Shown here piece by piece: positions 27,615 to 36,646 of a stretch of 51,620 nucleotides of DNA (its first letter is position 1; each line of letters starts with the position of its first letter). A model generated the notes under the pieces. That model was not told the DNA's origin and did no database searches. It saw only the letters and a list, made by a program, of their open reading frames with translations. The stretch is taken from positions 1 to 51,620 of the forward strand of contig CALKIP010000027.1 in the NCBI GenBank assembly GCA_937995995.1, read 5' to 3'. The position numbers and the translations under genes are program-made. Source of the stretch: an uncultured bacterium (GTDB taxonomy: Bacteria; Gemmatimonadota; Gemmatimonadetes; Longimicrobiales; RSA9).

Positions 27615-29864
27615 ATGCAGCGAAGCACGATCTTTCTCACCTTTCTGGCACTCGGCGTATTGACTTCAGCGTGGCTCCCCCGCCCTGACGCCGCACTCGC
27701 CCGTACGGTGGACGGCTCGGCGGACGTGGCGGCGGACAGTGCCACGATCCAGGGCAGGATCACGAGTGCGGAAACGGGCCAGCCGCTCGCGGGCGCCCAG
27801 GTCCGTCTCGTCGAACTCGGCCGGAGTGAGCTCGCACATGGGAACGGTGAGTTCCATTTCAAAGGGCTGCCCGCAGGGCTCTACACGCTCGAGGTCGAAT
27901 ACATCGGACACCGCACGCTGACGCGCTCGGTCGAGGTTCCGAACGGCGGTGAGATCTGGGTCGACGTCGTCCTCGATTTCTCGCCGATCCAGCTCCCGGG
28001 CTTCGTCGTCACCGGCGCGGTCGGCGCGCGGGCGGGGGAGGAATCGTTGCGCCCGACGAACGTGGTCTCGGCACAGAAGCTCGCGCGTGAGCTCGGTGGC
28101 ACGGTCGCCGAGACGCTCGAGGACGAGCCCGGCGTGGCGCTCGCCTCGATGGGACCGGCCACGGCGCGGCCGGTGATCCGCGGCCTGAGCGGAGATCGCA
28201 TCCTCATGCTGGAGGACGGTCAACGCGTGGGCGATCTCTCGTCCACATCCTCCGACCACGCCGTCGCCATCGACCCGATCTCAGCGCGTCGCATCGAGGT
28301 CGTACGCGGCCCGTCCGCTCTGCTCTACGGCAGCAACGCACTCGGTGGCGTGGTCAATGTGGTGCGTGAGGAGGTGCCTACGTCACTCCCGGACCGGCCG
28401 ACCGGGACGGTGAGCGTGCAGGGCCAGTCGGTCGTGGGTGAGGGCAGCGCGATACTGCACGCGTTCGGCCCCGTCGCCTTGCGCGTCGAGGGGAGTGCCC
28501 GCAGCGCGGATGACCTTACCACTCCCGTCGGCACGCTCGAGAATACCTGGACGCGCACCTACAACGCCGGGATCGGTGCGGGGTGGATCAACGGCTGGGG
28601 TCACGCGGGGGTGGCGTACCGCTACTTCGATTCATCGTACGGGATCCCGGGCCATGACCATGGTCATGCGGACGGTGTCGAGGTTCGGATGAACCGCCAG
28701 GCGGTGAAGGGTCAGGCGCGGCTCCTCGATGGTGCCGGCCCGTTCAGCTCGCTCGAGCTGGATGGCGTCTACACCCGATACCACCATCAGGAACTCGAAC
28801 ACGGCGGACTGCTCGGCACCGAGTTCGGTCTGCTCACCGCGGCGGGAGAGGTGCTCGGCAGGCACGATGGATGGGGGGCGTTCGATCACGGCGCCGTCGG
28901 CATGCGCGTCGAGTGGCGCGACTTCGCGACCGCCGGCTCGCTCGGCACGCCGTCGGCACGCGAGTACGCGATCGCGGGCTACAGCGTCCAGGAGCTCGAC
29001 TTCGACCGCTTCCGCCTCGAGTTCGGCGCCCGCTACGACTGGCACCGGGTCGAGCCGCTCGACACCGTGACCGAGCTCGACATCGGCCGAGTTCGGTCGA
29101 GGTCGTTCGGCTCGGTCTCCTGCTCCATCGGGGCACTCTACGAGTTGGCCGACGGCGTCCGGCTCGGCGCGAGCGTTGCCCGCGCCTACCGCACGCCCGA
29201 CATCGGCGAGCTCTATTCGCAGGGTCCGCACCTGGCGTCGCACTCCTTCGAGGTCGGCGATCCGGACCTGAAGGCGGAAACCGGTCTCGGTGCGGACGTC
29301 TTCGTGCGCCTCACGCGAGATAACGTGGATTTCGAGGTCGCCGGCTTCCACAACCGGATCCAGAACTACATCTATCCGCGCAACACCGGCAAGGTCCGCC
29401 TCGGGGTGGGGCTTCCGATCTACCAGCACACCAACGCGGACGCGGAGCTGACCGGGCTGGAGGCCAGTGCGCAGTGGACGCTGACGCCGCGCCTCGTCGC
29501 CGACGGCACGATCTCCTACGTGCGCGGCACGCTCACGGATACCGATGAGCCGTTGCCGTTCATGCCGCCGCTGAACGGCGGGCTCAACCTGCGCTACGAG
29601 AAGGCGTCGTTCTTCGCCGGTGCGGGGTGGAAGGGGGCGCTCGAGCAGGACCGGGTGGGCGAGTTCGAGACGCCGACCGACGGCTACGGCGTCTTCCACG
29701 CCTCCGCGGGCTACCGCTGGAATCTCTGGAGCCGCGTCCACTCGCTGACGCTGCGCATCGACAACCTGACCGACGCGGAGTACCGCAACCATCTCTCGCG
29801 GATCAAGGATGTCATGCCCGAGGCCGGGCGCAACGTGAGCCTGCTCTACAGGGTTACTTTCTGA
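27615..29864 (+). CDS. TonB-dependent outer-membrane receptor with N-terminal carboxypeptidase-regulatory-like domain
   Basis: 749 aa. Signal peptide; CarboxypepD_reg-like IQGRITSAETGQPLAGAQVRLVELG; plug motif IEVVRGPSALLYGSNALGGVVNVV; C-terminal ...NVSLLYRVTF. Confidence 0.92.
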   Translation: MQRSTIFLTFLALGVLTSAWLPRPDAALARTVDGSADVAADSATIQGRITSAETGQPLAGAQVRLVELGRSELAHGNGEFHFKGLPAGLYTLEVEYIGHRTLTRSVEVPNGGEIWVDVVLDFSPIQLPGFVVTGAVGARAGEESLRPTNVVSAQKLARELGGTVAETLEDEPGVALASMGPATARPVIRGLSGDRILMLEDGQRVGDLSSTSSDHAVAIDPISARRIEVVRGPSALLYGSNALGGVVNVVREEVPTSLPDRPTGTVSVQGQSVVGEGSAILHAFGPVALRVEGSARSADDLTTPVGTLENTWTRTYNAGIGAGWINGWGHAGVAYRYFDSSYGIPGHDHGHADGVEVRMNRQAVKGQARLLDGAGPFSSLELDGVYTRYHHQELEHGGLLGTEFGLLTAAGEVLGRHDGWGAFDHGAVGMRVEWRDFATAGSLGTPSAREYAIAGYSVQELDFDRFRLEFGARYDWHRVEPLDTVTELDIGRVRSRSFGSVSCSIGALYELADGVRLGASVARAYRTPDIGELYSQGPHLASHSFEVGDPDLKAETGLGADVFVRLTRDNVDFEVAGFHNRIQNYIYPRNTGKVRLGVGLPIYQHTNADAELTGLEASAQWTLTPRLVADGTISYVRGTLTDTDEPLPFMPPLNGGLNLRYEKASFFAGAGWKGALEQDRVGEFETPTDGYGVFHASAGYRWNLWSRVHSLTLRIDNLTDAEYRNHLSRIKDVMPEAGRNVSLLYRVTF

Positions 29865-29987
29865 TTCTCGGTACTCTATTGGGCGAGCGCGGGCTCGAGG
29901 GCGGGGGTTGCCTCGCCCCGCCCGCGACTCGGGCCGGAACGCCAGCGTTCGGCCCGCGCCCGATTCGAGCGCATGAAGGAAGGGACG

Positions 29988-30473
29988 ATGAACATTCGAC
30001 GAATCTCCGGCTTCCGGGCCGGTGCTCTCTTCGCGGTCGCCCTCGGTCTCGTGGCCGGTGCGTGCGACAACCCGGTCGATCCGGGTGAGCACGGTCACCA
30101 CCCCCACGCCGAGGCGGTCGTGGTCCGCCTCGATGGCGAGATCCTCGCGACCGCCGAGGGCACTGACGGCAACCCGGAGACACGCAACTCGACCGGCTCG
30201 ATCGAAGTCCCCGCCGGTGGGATCGTGGGCCTCCTCGAAATCGAGTTCGTGGATCACGACGGCCACGCGCTCGATCTCGATGATGATGATGCGTCCCTCG
30301 GCGTCATCGTCGACGACGAAACGGTCGCCACCTTCGACCCGGACCCCAAGGGCGGGTTCGCGGGCCGCGTCCACGGCCACACAGCGGGATCGACCACGAT
30401 CTCGTTCATCCTCATGCACGGCGACCATGCGGAATTCACGACCGAGCCGATCGTGATCGACGTGCTGGAGTAG
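29988..30473 (+). CDS. His-rich lipoprotein, unknown function (candidate periplasmic metal-binding partner)
   Basis: Lipobox LVAGAC, then DNPVDPGEHGHHPHAE and further His residues (HDGH, HGHTAG, MHGDH). AAGGAAGGGA lies upstream of ATG 29988. Located immediately downstream of the TonB-dependent receptor. Confidence 0.6.
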   Translation: MNIRRISGFRAGALFAVALGLVAGACDNPVDPGEHGHHPHAEAVVVRLDGEILATAEGTDGNPETRNSTGSIEVPAGGIVGLLEIEFVDHDGHALDLDDDDASLGVIVDDETVATFDPDPKGGFAGRVHGHTAGSTTISFILMHGDHAEFTTEPIVIDVLE

Positions 30474-30525
30474 TCCCGGCCACACGCCGCATGGCGGCAA
30501 GAAAGTTGCACCGGCGGCGCGTGTC

Positions 30526-31338
30526 ATGGACACTGCCCGCCGGATCCCAACCGAAGTCCCGAGTCCCGCCCCTGCCGACGGCGAGGTGCGTCGGGCGCGC
30601 GCGGTGGTCGAGAGGCTCCGTGCGCGCTTCCACGGTCACTGCGCGGAGCGGGGGCGACCCTTCATCACGCTGAGCTACGCCCAGAGCCTGGACGGCTGCA
30701 TCGCGGCCTGCCGTGGCCGTCCCCTGGCGCTGAGCGGGCCCGACGCCCTCGTGCTGACGCACCGGCTCCGCGCGGTCCACGATGTGATCGTGATCGGCAT
30801 CGGCACACTCCTCTCCGACGATCCCCGGCTGACGGTCCGCCATGTGGAGGGAAGGAGCCCCCGCCCCGTCGTCCTGGACAGCCGCCTTCGCACGCCGACC
30901 TCGGCGCGTCTGCTCTCCCACCCGAACCATGGCCCCGTAATCGCCACGACGAATGCCTCCGATGCCCGTCGACAGGCAGAGTTGGAGGCCGCCGGTGCCC
31001 GCGTCGTGCGGCTGGCATCGGACAGGCGCGGCTGGGTTTCGCTCGTCGCACTCGGCGAGTGGTTGTACGCCGAGGGTGCCAGGAGCGTGATGGTCGAGGG
31101 CGGAGCCGAGGTCATCACGAGCTACCTGCGGGAGCGCCACGTCGATCATCTGCTGCTGACCGTCGCCTCGATGATCGTGGGCGGAGTGCGCGCGGTCGGA
31201 CCACTGGCCACGGCCGGGGACGGACACGGCATGACCCCCGGGCAAGAAGAGTGGGCGCCGCGCCTGGCCGAGATGGAGTCGTTCCGCCTGGGCGACGACG
31301 TGGTACTCAGCGGCGTGCCGGTCTGGGCGGCGCCGTGA
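30526..31338 (+). CDS. RibD C-terminal domain (pyrimidine/pterin reductase-like, DHFR-fold) protein
   Basis: 270 aa. FITLSYAQSLDGCIA...VLTHRLRAVHDVIVIGIGTLLSDDPRLTVR...SVMVEGGAEVITSYL is typical of RibD_C reductases. Confidence 0.75.
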   Translation: MDTARRIPTEVPSPAPADGEVRRARAVVERLRARFHGHCAERGRPFITLSYAQSLDGCIAACRGRPLALSGPDALVLTHRLRAVHDVIVIGIGTLLSDDPRLTVRHVEGRSPRPVVLDSRLRTPTSARLLSHPNHGPVIATTNASDARRQAELEAAGARVVRLASDRRGWVSLVALGEWLYAEGARSVMVEGGAEVITSYLRERHVDHLLLTVASMIVGGVRAVGPLATAGDGHGMTPGQEEWAPRLAEMESFRLGDDVVLSGVPVWAAP

Positions 31339-32504
31339 GCCCGCCGGCGCTCGTCGCACCTCGCACCGGACGGATCATCGAGCTCTCCGGTCCACGAGCG
31401 GTGCGGGTGGTCGAGGAGCCGGTGCCCGCTCCGGGTCCCGGCCAGGTGGGCGTGGTCACGCGTGTCTCGGCGATCTCGGCGGGAACCGAGCTCCTCGTCT
31501 ACCGCGGGGAGCTTCCGGAGGACGCACCGCTCGACGAGGCGATCCCTGCACTGGACGGCCGCTTCTCGTGGCCGGTCCGCTACGGCTACGCCACCGTCGG
31601 CACGGTCGTGGAGACGGGGCCAGGTGTGGAACGAGAGCTGATCGGCCGCAGCGTCTTCGCCTTCCAGCCGCACTGCGAGCGCTTCGTGGCACCCGTGGGC
31701 GCGGTGGTCCCGATCCCGGACGAACTCGATGCCGAAGCGGCCGTCCTGCTGCCGAGCGTCGAGACCGCGCTCGGCCTGGTCATGGACGGGCGCCCGCTGC
31801 CGGGAGAGCGGGTGCTGGTCATGGGCCAGGGCGTGATCGGCCTGCTCACCACGGCGATCCTGGCGACGATGCCGCTCTCCGCTCTCGTCGCCGTCGACCC
31901 GCTCGTGGAGCGCCGCCGCCGCGCACTGGAGTTCGGGGCGAGTGCGGCCGTGAGTCCCGAAAATGGCCCTGCACTCCGCCGCTGCCTCGGTGCACGCGGC
32001 GATGGGCCGGGCCACGAACGGAAGTCCGCGAGAGGCTCCGAGAGCGTGGCGCCAGGCGACGGTGCGCAGGGTACCCTCGACGCGAGTGACCTGGGTGACC
32101 TGGATGCGGTGGATGCGGTGGATGCGGTGGATCGCGCGGATCTGACCTTCGAGCTGACTGGCAACCCGGCCGCACTGGATGTCGCGATCCGCGAGACGGG
32201 TCGGGACGGACGGATCGTGGTCGGCTCGTGGTACGGCACGAGGCGGGCGACGGTCGACCTCGGCACGCATTTCCACCGCGGCCGCCTCACCGTGCGTAGC
32301 AGCCAGGTCAGCCGGATCGACCCGGCGCTGCGTGGGCGCTGGACCAAGGCCCGGCGCCTTGCATTCGCGCTGGATCTGATCCCGCGGCTGAGGCCGGAGC
32401 GGCTGGTGACGCACCGATTTCCCGTCGCGCGGGCGGCCGAAGCGTTCCGCCTCCTCGACGAGGCGCCGGAGCACACTCTTCAGGTCCTGATCACCTACTC
32501 CTGA
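31335..32504 (+). CDS. MDR-superfamily (Zn-dependent alcohol dehydrogenase-like) oxidoreductase with a low-complexity insertion
   Basis: The GTG start overlaps the upstream stop (GTGA). GroES-like N-terminus, Rossmann motif VLVMGQGVIGLL. A ~55-aa Gly/Asp-rich insert contains DLGDLDAVDAVDAVDRAD. Confidence 0.8.
   Translation: MSPPALVAPRTGRIIELSGPRAVRVVEEPVPAPGPGQVGVVTRVSAISAGTELLVYRGELPEDAPLDEAIPALDGRFSWPVRYGYATVGTVVETGPGVERELIGRSVFAFQPHCERFVAPVGAVVPIPDELDAEAAVLLPSVETALGLVMDGRPLPGERVLVMGQGVIGLLTTAILATMPLSALVAVDPLVERRRRALEFGASAAVSPENGPALRRCLGARGDGPGHERKSARGSESVAPGDGAQGTLDASDLGDLDAVDAVDAVDRADLTFELTGNPAALDVAIRETGRDGRIVVGSWYGTRRATVDLGTHFHRGRLTVRSSQVSRIDPALRGRWTKARRLAFALDLIPRLRPERLVTHRFPVARAAEAFRLLDEAPEHTLQVLITYS
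32086..32139 (+). repeat. In-frame 9-bp tandem repeats inside the dehydrogenase gene
   Basis: GTGACCTGG x2 (32086-32103), ATGCGGTGG x3 (32104-32130), and a degenerate ATCGCGCGG (32131-32139). Confidence 0.9.
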
Positions 32505-32604
32505 CCCGTCATGATGGAGCGGACTCATGACCACCTCGACGGAGCCGATGGCCCGCACCTCCACGGAGAGCCACCCACGCGGTGATCCTCGCCTCGAAGA
32601 GGGC

Positions 32605-32985
32605 ATGTACGGCATCGGGGTCAGGCGCGAATTCGTCGCCCAGCACTTCCTGACCGCGGGTGTGCCGGGGCCGGAGCACACCTGGCATTCGCACCGCTAC
32701 CGGCTCGAGCTCGTCGTACACGGCCGGCGGCTCGATGAAGCCGGCTACCTCGTGGACATCGAGCGGAACAAAGCCAACCTGGAACGGCTCGTCGGACGCT
32801 ACCGGGACAGGACGTTGAACGAGTTGGCCGAGTTCGAGGGGATGAACCCGAGCCTCGAGCACTTCGCGCGGATCCTCGGGGTGCAGCTCGCCGGCACCGC
32901 CGATCGGGAGCGGATCGAATGCATCCGGGTGGTGCTCTGGGAGGACGACGATGCCTGGGCGAGCTGGGAGGCGAGACCGCAATGA
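32605..32985 (+). CDS. 6-pyruvoyl-tetrahydropterin synthase / QueD family protein lacking the catalytic Cys
   Basis: Within ORF 32527..32985. FVAQHFL and WHSHRY supply the His triad positions. GYLVDIERNKANLERLVGRYRDRTLNEL parallels the QueD GWIIDFAELK...LDHHYLND. Glu occupies the position 4 residues before H-x-H, where QueD has Cys. Confidence 0.8.
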   Translation: MYGIGVRREFVAQHFLTAGVPGPEHTWHSHRYRLELVVHGRRLDEAGYLVDIERNKANLERLVGRYRDRTLNELAEFEGMNPSLEHFARILGVQLAGTADRERIECIRVVLWEDDDAWASWEARPQ

Positions 32986-34802
32986 CGAGCCCACGCGTCC
33001 ATTTCCTGATCCCCGGCTCACTCGAGCGACGGAGCGGCGGCACGATCTACGACGCGCGCATCGTCGCCGCGCTGAGAGAGCTCGGCCATGACGTCGTCGT
33101 GTATGAACTCGACGGGCGCTTCCCCGCTGCCGATGCGATCGCACGCACGGCCACGAGGCAGGTGCTCGCCCGGGTGCGGCCGGGCGAGGTCGTGGTCGTC
33201 GACGGTCTCGCACTCCCCGCACTCGACCTCTCCGCCTGGCCCATGGCCGCCACGTGCGTGCCGTTGCTGCATACGCCCGTCGGAGAGATGCGCGGCCCCT
33301 CCGAGGTGGATCGAGCTCCGCTAATCGCCAGGGAGACGGCGTGGCTGCACCGTGCGGACAGGATCGTCGTCACGAGCGTCTACAGCGCCGAGCGGCTGGT
33401 CGGGCGCGGGGTCGATGCTCGTCGGGTCGGTGTGGTGGAGCCGGGTATCGATCCAGTAACCTCCACACCCGATGGCGCCGGAGTAGCCGAGGTCCGTATC
33501 CTCGCGGTCGGCGCGGTCACGGCGGTCAAGGCGCACGACGTTCTCGTACGCGCACTGGGCCGGCTCCGCCACCTGCCGTGGCGGCTTCGAATCATCGGGA
33601 GCACGGACGAGGAGCCGGGAACGTCACGTGCGCTCATGGACGAGATCGAGCGGCTCGAGCTTGGCGACCGAGTCGAGCTTTCGGGTGAGTTGTCGCCGCA
33701 CGAGATGCCCGGTGCCTACCGCGCGGCCGATGTCTTCGTGCACTCTTCGCTCTACGAGAGCTACTGTTTGGCGCTCGCCGAGGCCGCAGCACACGGCTTG
33801 GCTCTCGTGGCGACGACCGCAGGCGCGATACCGACCACGCCCGCGGGGCGCGCGGCCGTATGCGTGCCCCCGGGCGATGCCGAGACGCTGGCACGCGCGC
33901 TCGAGCCGGTGCTGCGCGATGCTGATACGCGGCGTCGGCTCGCCATCGCGGCGCGTGAGGCGGCGGAGCGGCTGCCGACGTGGGAGGAGGCCGGCCGGCG
34001 TTTCGCCGATGAGCTGTCCGGATCGTCCGAAGCGACGTGGGCTCGCACGCGAGCCGCGGCTGGACCCGAGATCGGGGAGACGGCCAGGGTGGCGGTGTTC
34101 GAGCGGATGGCCGGCGAGTGGGATGCACTCGAGGATCCCCGCACCGAACTGGGAGCCGACGCCACCGCTCGCGTGGATTTCCTGCGCACCTTGTGCACCG
34201 CCGGGGCACGCGTCCTCGAGGTGGGGTGCGGGACCGGTGTGAACCTCGTCGGGCTCGCGGACCGGATCGACAGCGGAGTAGGCGTGGACTTCGCACCCGC
34301 AATGGTCGACCGGGCACGGGAGGCGGCGCGGCGATGCGGCGTGGACAACCTGCGTTTCGTCGTGGGCGATGCACGCTCTCTCGATTCGGTACCCGACGCC
34401 AGCGGTCCCTTCGACCTGGTCCTCCTGGCCGGCGTCCTCGAGCACATCCCCGAGCGCGGCCGGGTGCTCCGGGCGTGCAGAGAGCGGCTGGCCACCGGTG
34501 GAACGCTCGTCGTGATCATGCCTCACCCGGCCAATCCCACATTCATGTGGCGGCGCCTCGTCACCGGGCGCCCACCACGCATCTTCGTGTCGGACCTGCA
34601 CATGAGGCCGAACGAACTGGCTCGCCTGGCCCGGGCCCACGGCCTCGACCGCGTACGGGTCCACCCCCTGCCCTTCCGATCCACCTTCGACGACGACCCG
34701 CCGCGACCGGTCTGGCTCGGTCGCATCCTGCGCGGTCTCGACCGGATCCCGGCCTCGGCTACCCGGGGTGCTTTCGCGCTGGTACTGAAACGGGTGGATT
34801 GA
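32982..34802 (+). CDS. Fusion protein: GT-B family-1/4 glycosyltransferase (N-terminal) plus class I SAM-dependent methyltransferase (C-terminal)
   Basis: The ATG overlaps the upstream stop (ATGA). GT region VFVHSSLYESYCLALAEAAAHGLALVATTAGAIP (EX7E-like). MT motif I VLEVGCGTGVNL, with later LLAGVLEHIPE. It is a single uninterrupted 606-aa ORF. Confidence 0.85.
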   Translation: MTSPRVHFLIPGSLERRSGGTIYDARIVAALRELGHDVVVYELDGRFPAADAIARTATRQVLARVRPGEVVVVDGLALPALDLSAWPMAATCVPLLHTPVGEMRGPSEVDRAPLIARETAWLHRADRIVVTSVYSAERLVGRGVDARRVGVVEPGIDPVTSTPDGAGVAEVRILAVGAVTAVKAHDVLVRALGRLRHLPWRLRIIGSTDEEPGTSRALMDEIERLELGDRVELSGELSPHEMPGAYRAADVFVHSSLYESYCLALAEAAAHGLALVATTAGAIPTTPAGRAAVCVPPGDAETLARALEPVLRDADTRRRLAIAAREAAERLPTWEEAGRRFADELSGSSEATWARTRAAAGPEIGETARVAVFERMAGEWDALEDPRTELGADATARVDFLRTLCTAGARVLEVGCGTGVNLVGLADRIDSGVGVDFAPAMVDRAREAARRCGVDNLRFVVGDARSLDSVPDASGPFDLVLLAGVLEHIPERGRVLRACRERLATGGTLVVIMPHPANPTFMWRRLVTGRPPRIFVSDLHMRPNELARLARAHGLDRVRVHPLPFRSTFDDDPPRPVWLGRILRGLDRIPASATRGAFALVLKRVD

Positions 34803-35083
34803 GCGCGTAGCTGGGTGCACTGGTTTCGCTCGTGCGCGGAGCGTCGGCGGTGCAAGTGCTCTCCTGCACGGGGCGGCAACGCTCCGGCGGTGCACACCCC
34901 ACCTTGTATCCCGACCCCAGAACACCGAATCTTCCTGAATCCCGAACCATGTCGGTCTACATTCGCGACCTGGATGGGCATCGCATCGAGCCGCTCCAAC
35001 CGAGCGAATTGCTCGAACAGTCCTCGCCGTGACTCAACGCATGCGGCCGTGACCCGTCCGGCGCATACCACCAGGTAAGAAGC

Positions 35084-36634
35084 ATGAGAGACGAGAACCG
35101 CACGACTGCGGAGGAGCAACTCGAGCCCGGAAGCCCTTCGCGCCCGGAACTCGAGCCGCGTCCGGAGGAGACGCTCGACCCGGCGGACTGGGAGGAGCTA
35201 CGTGCTCTGGCGCACCGCATGGTCGACGACGTCATCGACTACCACCGCGGGGTGGGTGCGCGGCCGGCGTGGCAGCCGATGCCCGATGCGGTGCGTGGCG
35301 CGCTCGGCGATCCACTCCCGGATGTCGGCCAGGGTGCCGAGCGTGCCTACGTGGACTTCCGCGAGCAGGTCCTGCCCTACCCTTTCGGCAACATCCACCC
35401 GCGCTCGTGGGGGTGGGTGAACGGGACGGGGACCACGCTCGGCGCGCTGGCCGAGATGCTCGCCGCATCCATGAACCCGAACCTCTGGGGCGGAGAGCAC
35501 GCTGCGGCGTACGTCGAGGCCCAGGTCCTCGCCTGGGCGCGGCGAATCATCGGCTTCCCGGACGAGGCGAGTGGTGTGCTGACCAGCGGTGCCTCGATGG
35601 CCAACCTGATCGGTCTCGCGGCGGCGCGGGAGGCACGGGGCGGCGATGACGTGAGCGGGCGCGGGCTGCACGCACTGCCCGAGCCACTCGTCGTCTACGG
35701 CTCCGAGCAGACGCACAACTCCGTGGACAAGGCGGCGAGCCTCCTCGGGATCGGGTGGGCGGGGTTCCGCAAGATCCCGACGGATAGTGAGTTCCGCATC
35801 GACGTCGAGGCGCTGGAAGCTGCGATCGCCGCGGACAGGGCCGCGGGCCGGCGGCCGATCTGCGTGGTCGGCAATGCGGGGACGGTCAATACCGGCGCGA
35901 TCGATGACCTGGCGCGCCTGGCCGACCTCTGTGAGCGCGAGGGGCTCTGGTTCCACGTCGACGGCGCGATCGGCGCCCTGGCCGCACTCTCGCCCGCGCT
36001 GCGCACGCAGATGCGTGGGATCGAACGCGCGGACTCCGTCGCCTTCGACCTGCACAAGTGGCTCCACGTCCCGATCGAGGCCGGGTGCGTGCTGGTGCGC
36101 CACGCCGAGTGGCACCGCCGGCCCTTCTCCCCGCCCGCGAGCTACCTCTCCTGGTTCGAGCGGGGACTCGCCTCGGGGCCGCACAACTACATGAACCTGG
36201 GACCTCAGCTCACGCGTGGGTTCCGGGCACTCAAGGTCTGGATGGTGCTGAAGGCGCACGGGACGGAGACGTACACGCGCCTCATCGAGCAGAACGTGCG
36301 TCAGGCGCGCCACCTCGAAGCACGGATCCGCGAGCACCCACGCCTCGAGCTCCTCGCGCCGGTGTCGCTCAACATCGTCGCTTTTCGCTATCGAGTGGAG
36401 GGGAGCGCAGGGGGAGCGTCGGAACTCGACGCACTCAATCGCGAACTCCTCATGCGGCTCCAGGAATCGGGCGAGGCCGTGCCGTCGGGGACTGTCGTCC
36501 GCGGCGTGTTCGCGTTGCGCGTGGCGCTCACCAACCACCGGACGCGGACCGAAGACCTCGACCGGCTAATCGATGCGGTGGTACGGACCGGCGATGCACT
36601 GGTCGAGGAGGCGCGGGTGGAGGCGGGCGCTTAG
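35084..36634 (+). CDS. Group II PLP-dependent decarboxylase (aromatic-L-amino-acid/glutamate decarboxylase-like)
   Basis: 516 aa. ...GVLTSGASMANLIGLAAAR..., the HVDGAIGA region, and the PLP-lysine motif SVAFDLHKWLHVP. Confidence 0.9.
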   Translation: MRDENRTTAEEQLEPGSPSRPELEPRPEETLDPADWEELRALAHRMVDDVIDYHRGVGARPAWQPMPDAVRGALGDPLPDVGQGAERAYVDFREQVLPYPFGNIHPRSWGWVNGTGTTLGALAEMLAASMNPNLWGGEHAAAYVEAQVLAWARRIIGFPDEASGVLTSGASMANLIGLAAAREARGGDDVSGRGLHALPEPLVVYGSEQTHNSVDKAASLLGIGWAGFRKIPTDSEFRIDVEALEAAIAADRAAGRRPICVVGNAGTVNTGAIDDLARLADLCEREGLWFHVDGAIGALAALSPALRTQMRGIERADSVAFDLHKWLHVPIEAGCVLVRHAEWHRRPFSPPASYLSWFERGLASGPHNYMNLGPQLTRGFRALKVWMVLKAHGTETYTRLIEQNVRQARHLEARIREHPRLELLAPVSLNIVAFRYRVEGSAGGASELDALNRELLMRLQESGEAVPSGTVVRGVFALRVALTNHRTRTEDLDRLIDAVVRTGDALVEEARVEAGA

Positions 36635-36646
36635 GCGCCCGCCGCC

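Noticed and set aside
28632-30533. 633-aa minus-strand ORF
   Set aside because: It is antisense to the TonB-dependent receptor and the His-rich lipoprotein, a shadow ORF.
32086-32139. The 9-bp repeats (32086-32139) and the 21-bp repeats (4058-4099), considered as a possible CRISPR array
   Set aside because: The repeats are directly tandem with no spacers, the units are too short, and one set is in-frame coding sequence. No cas genes are present.
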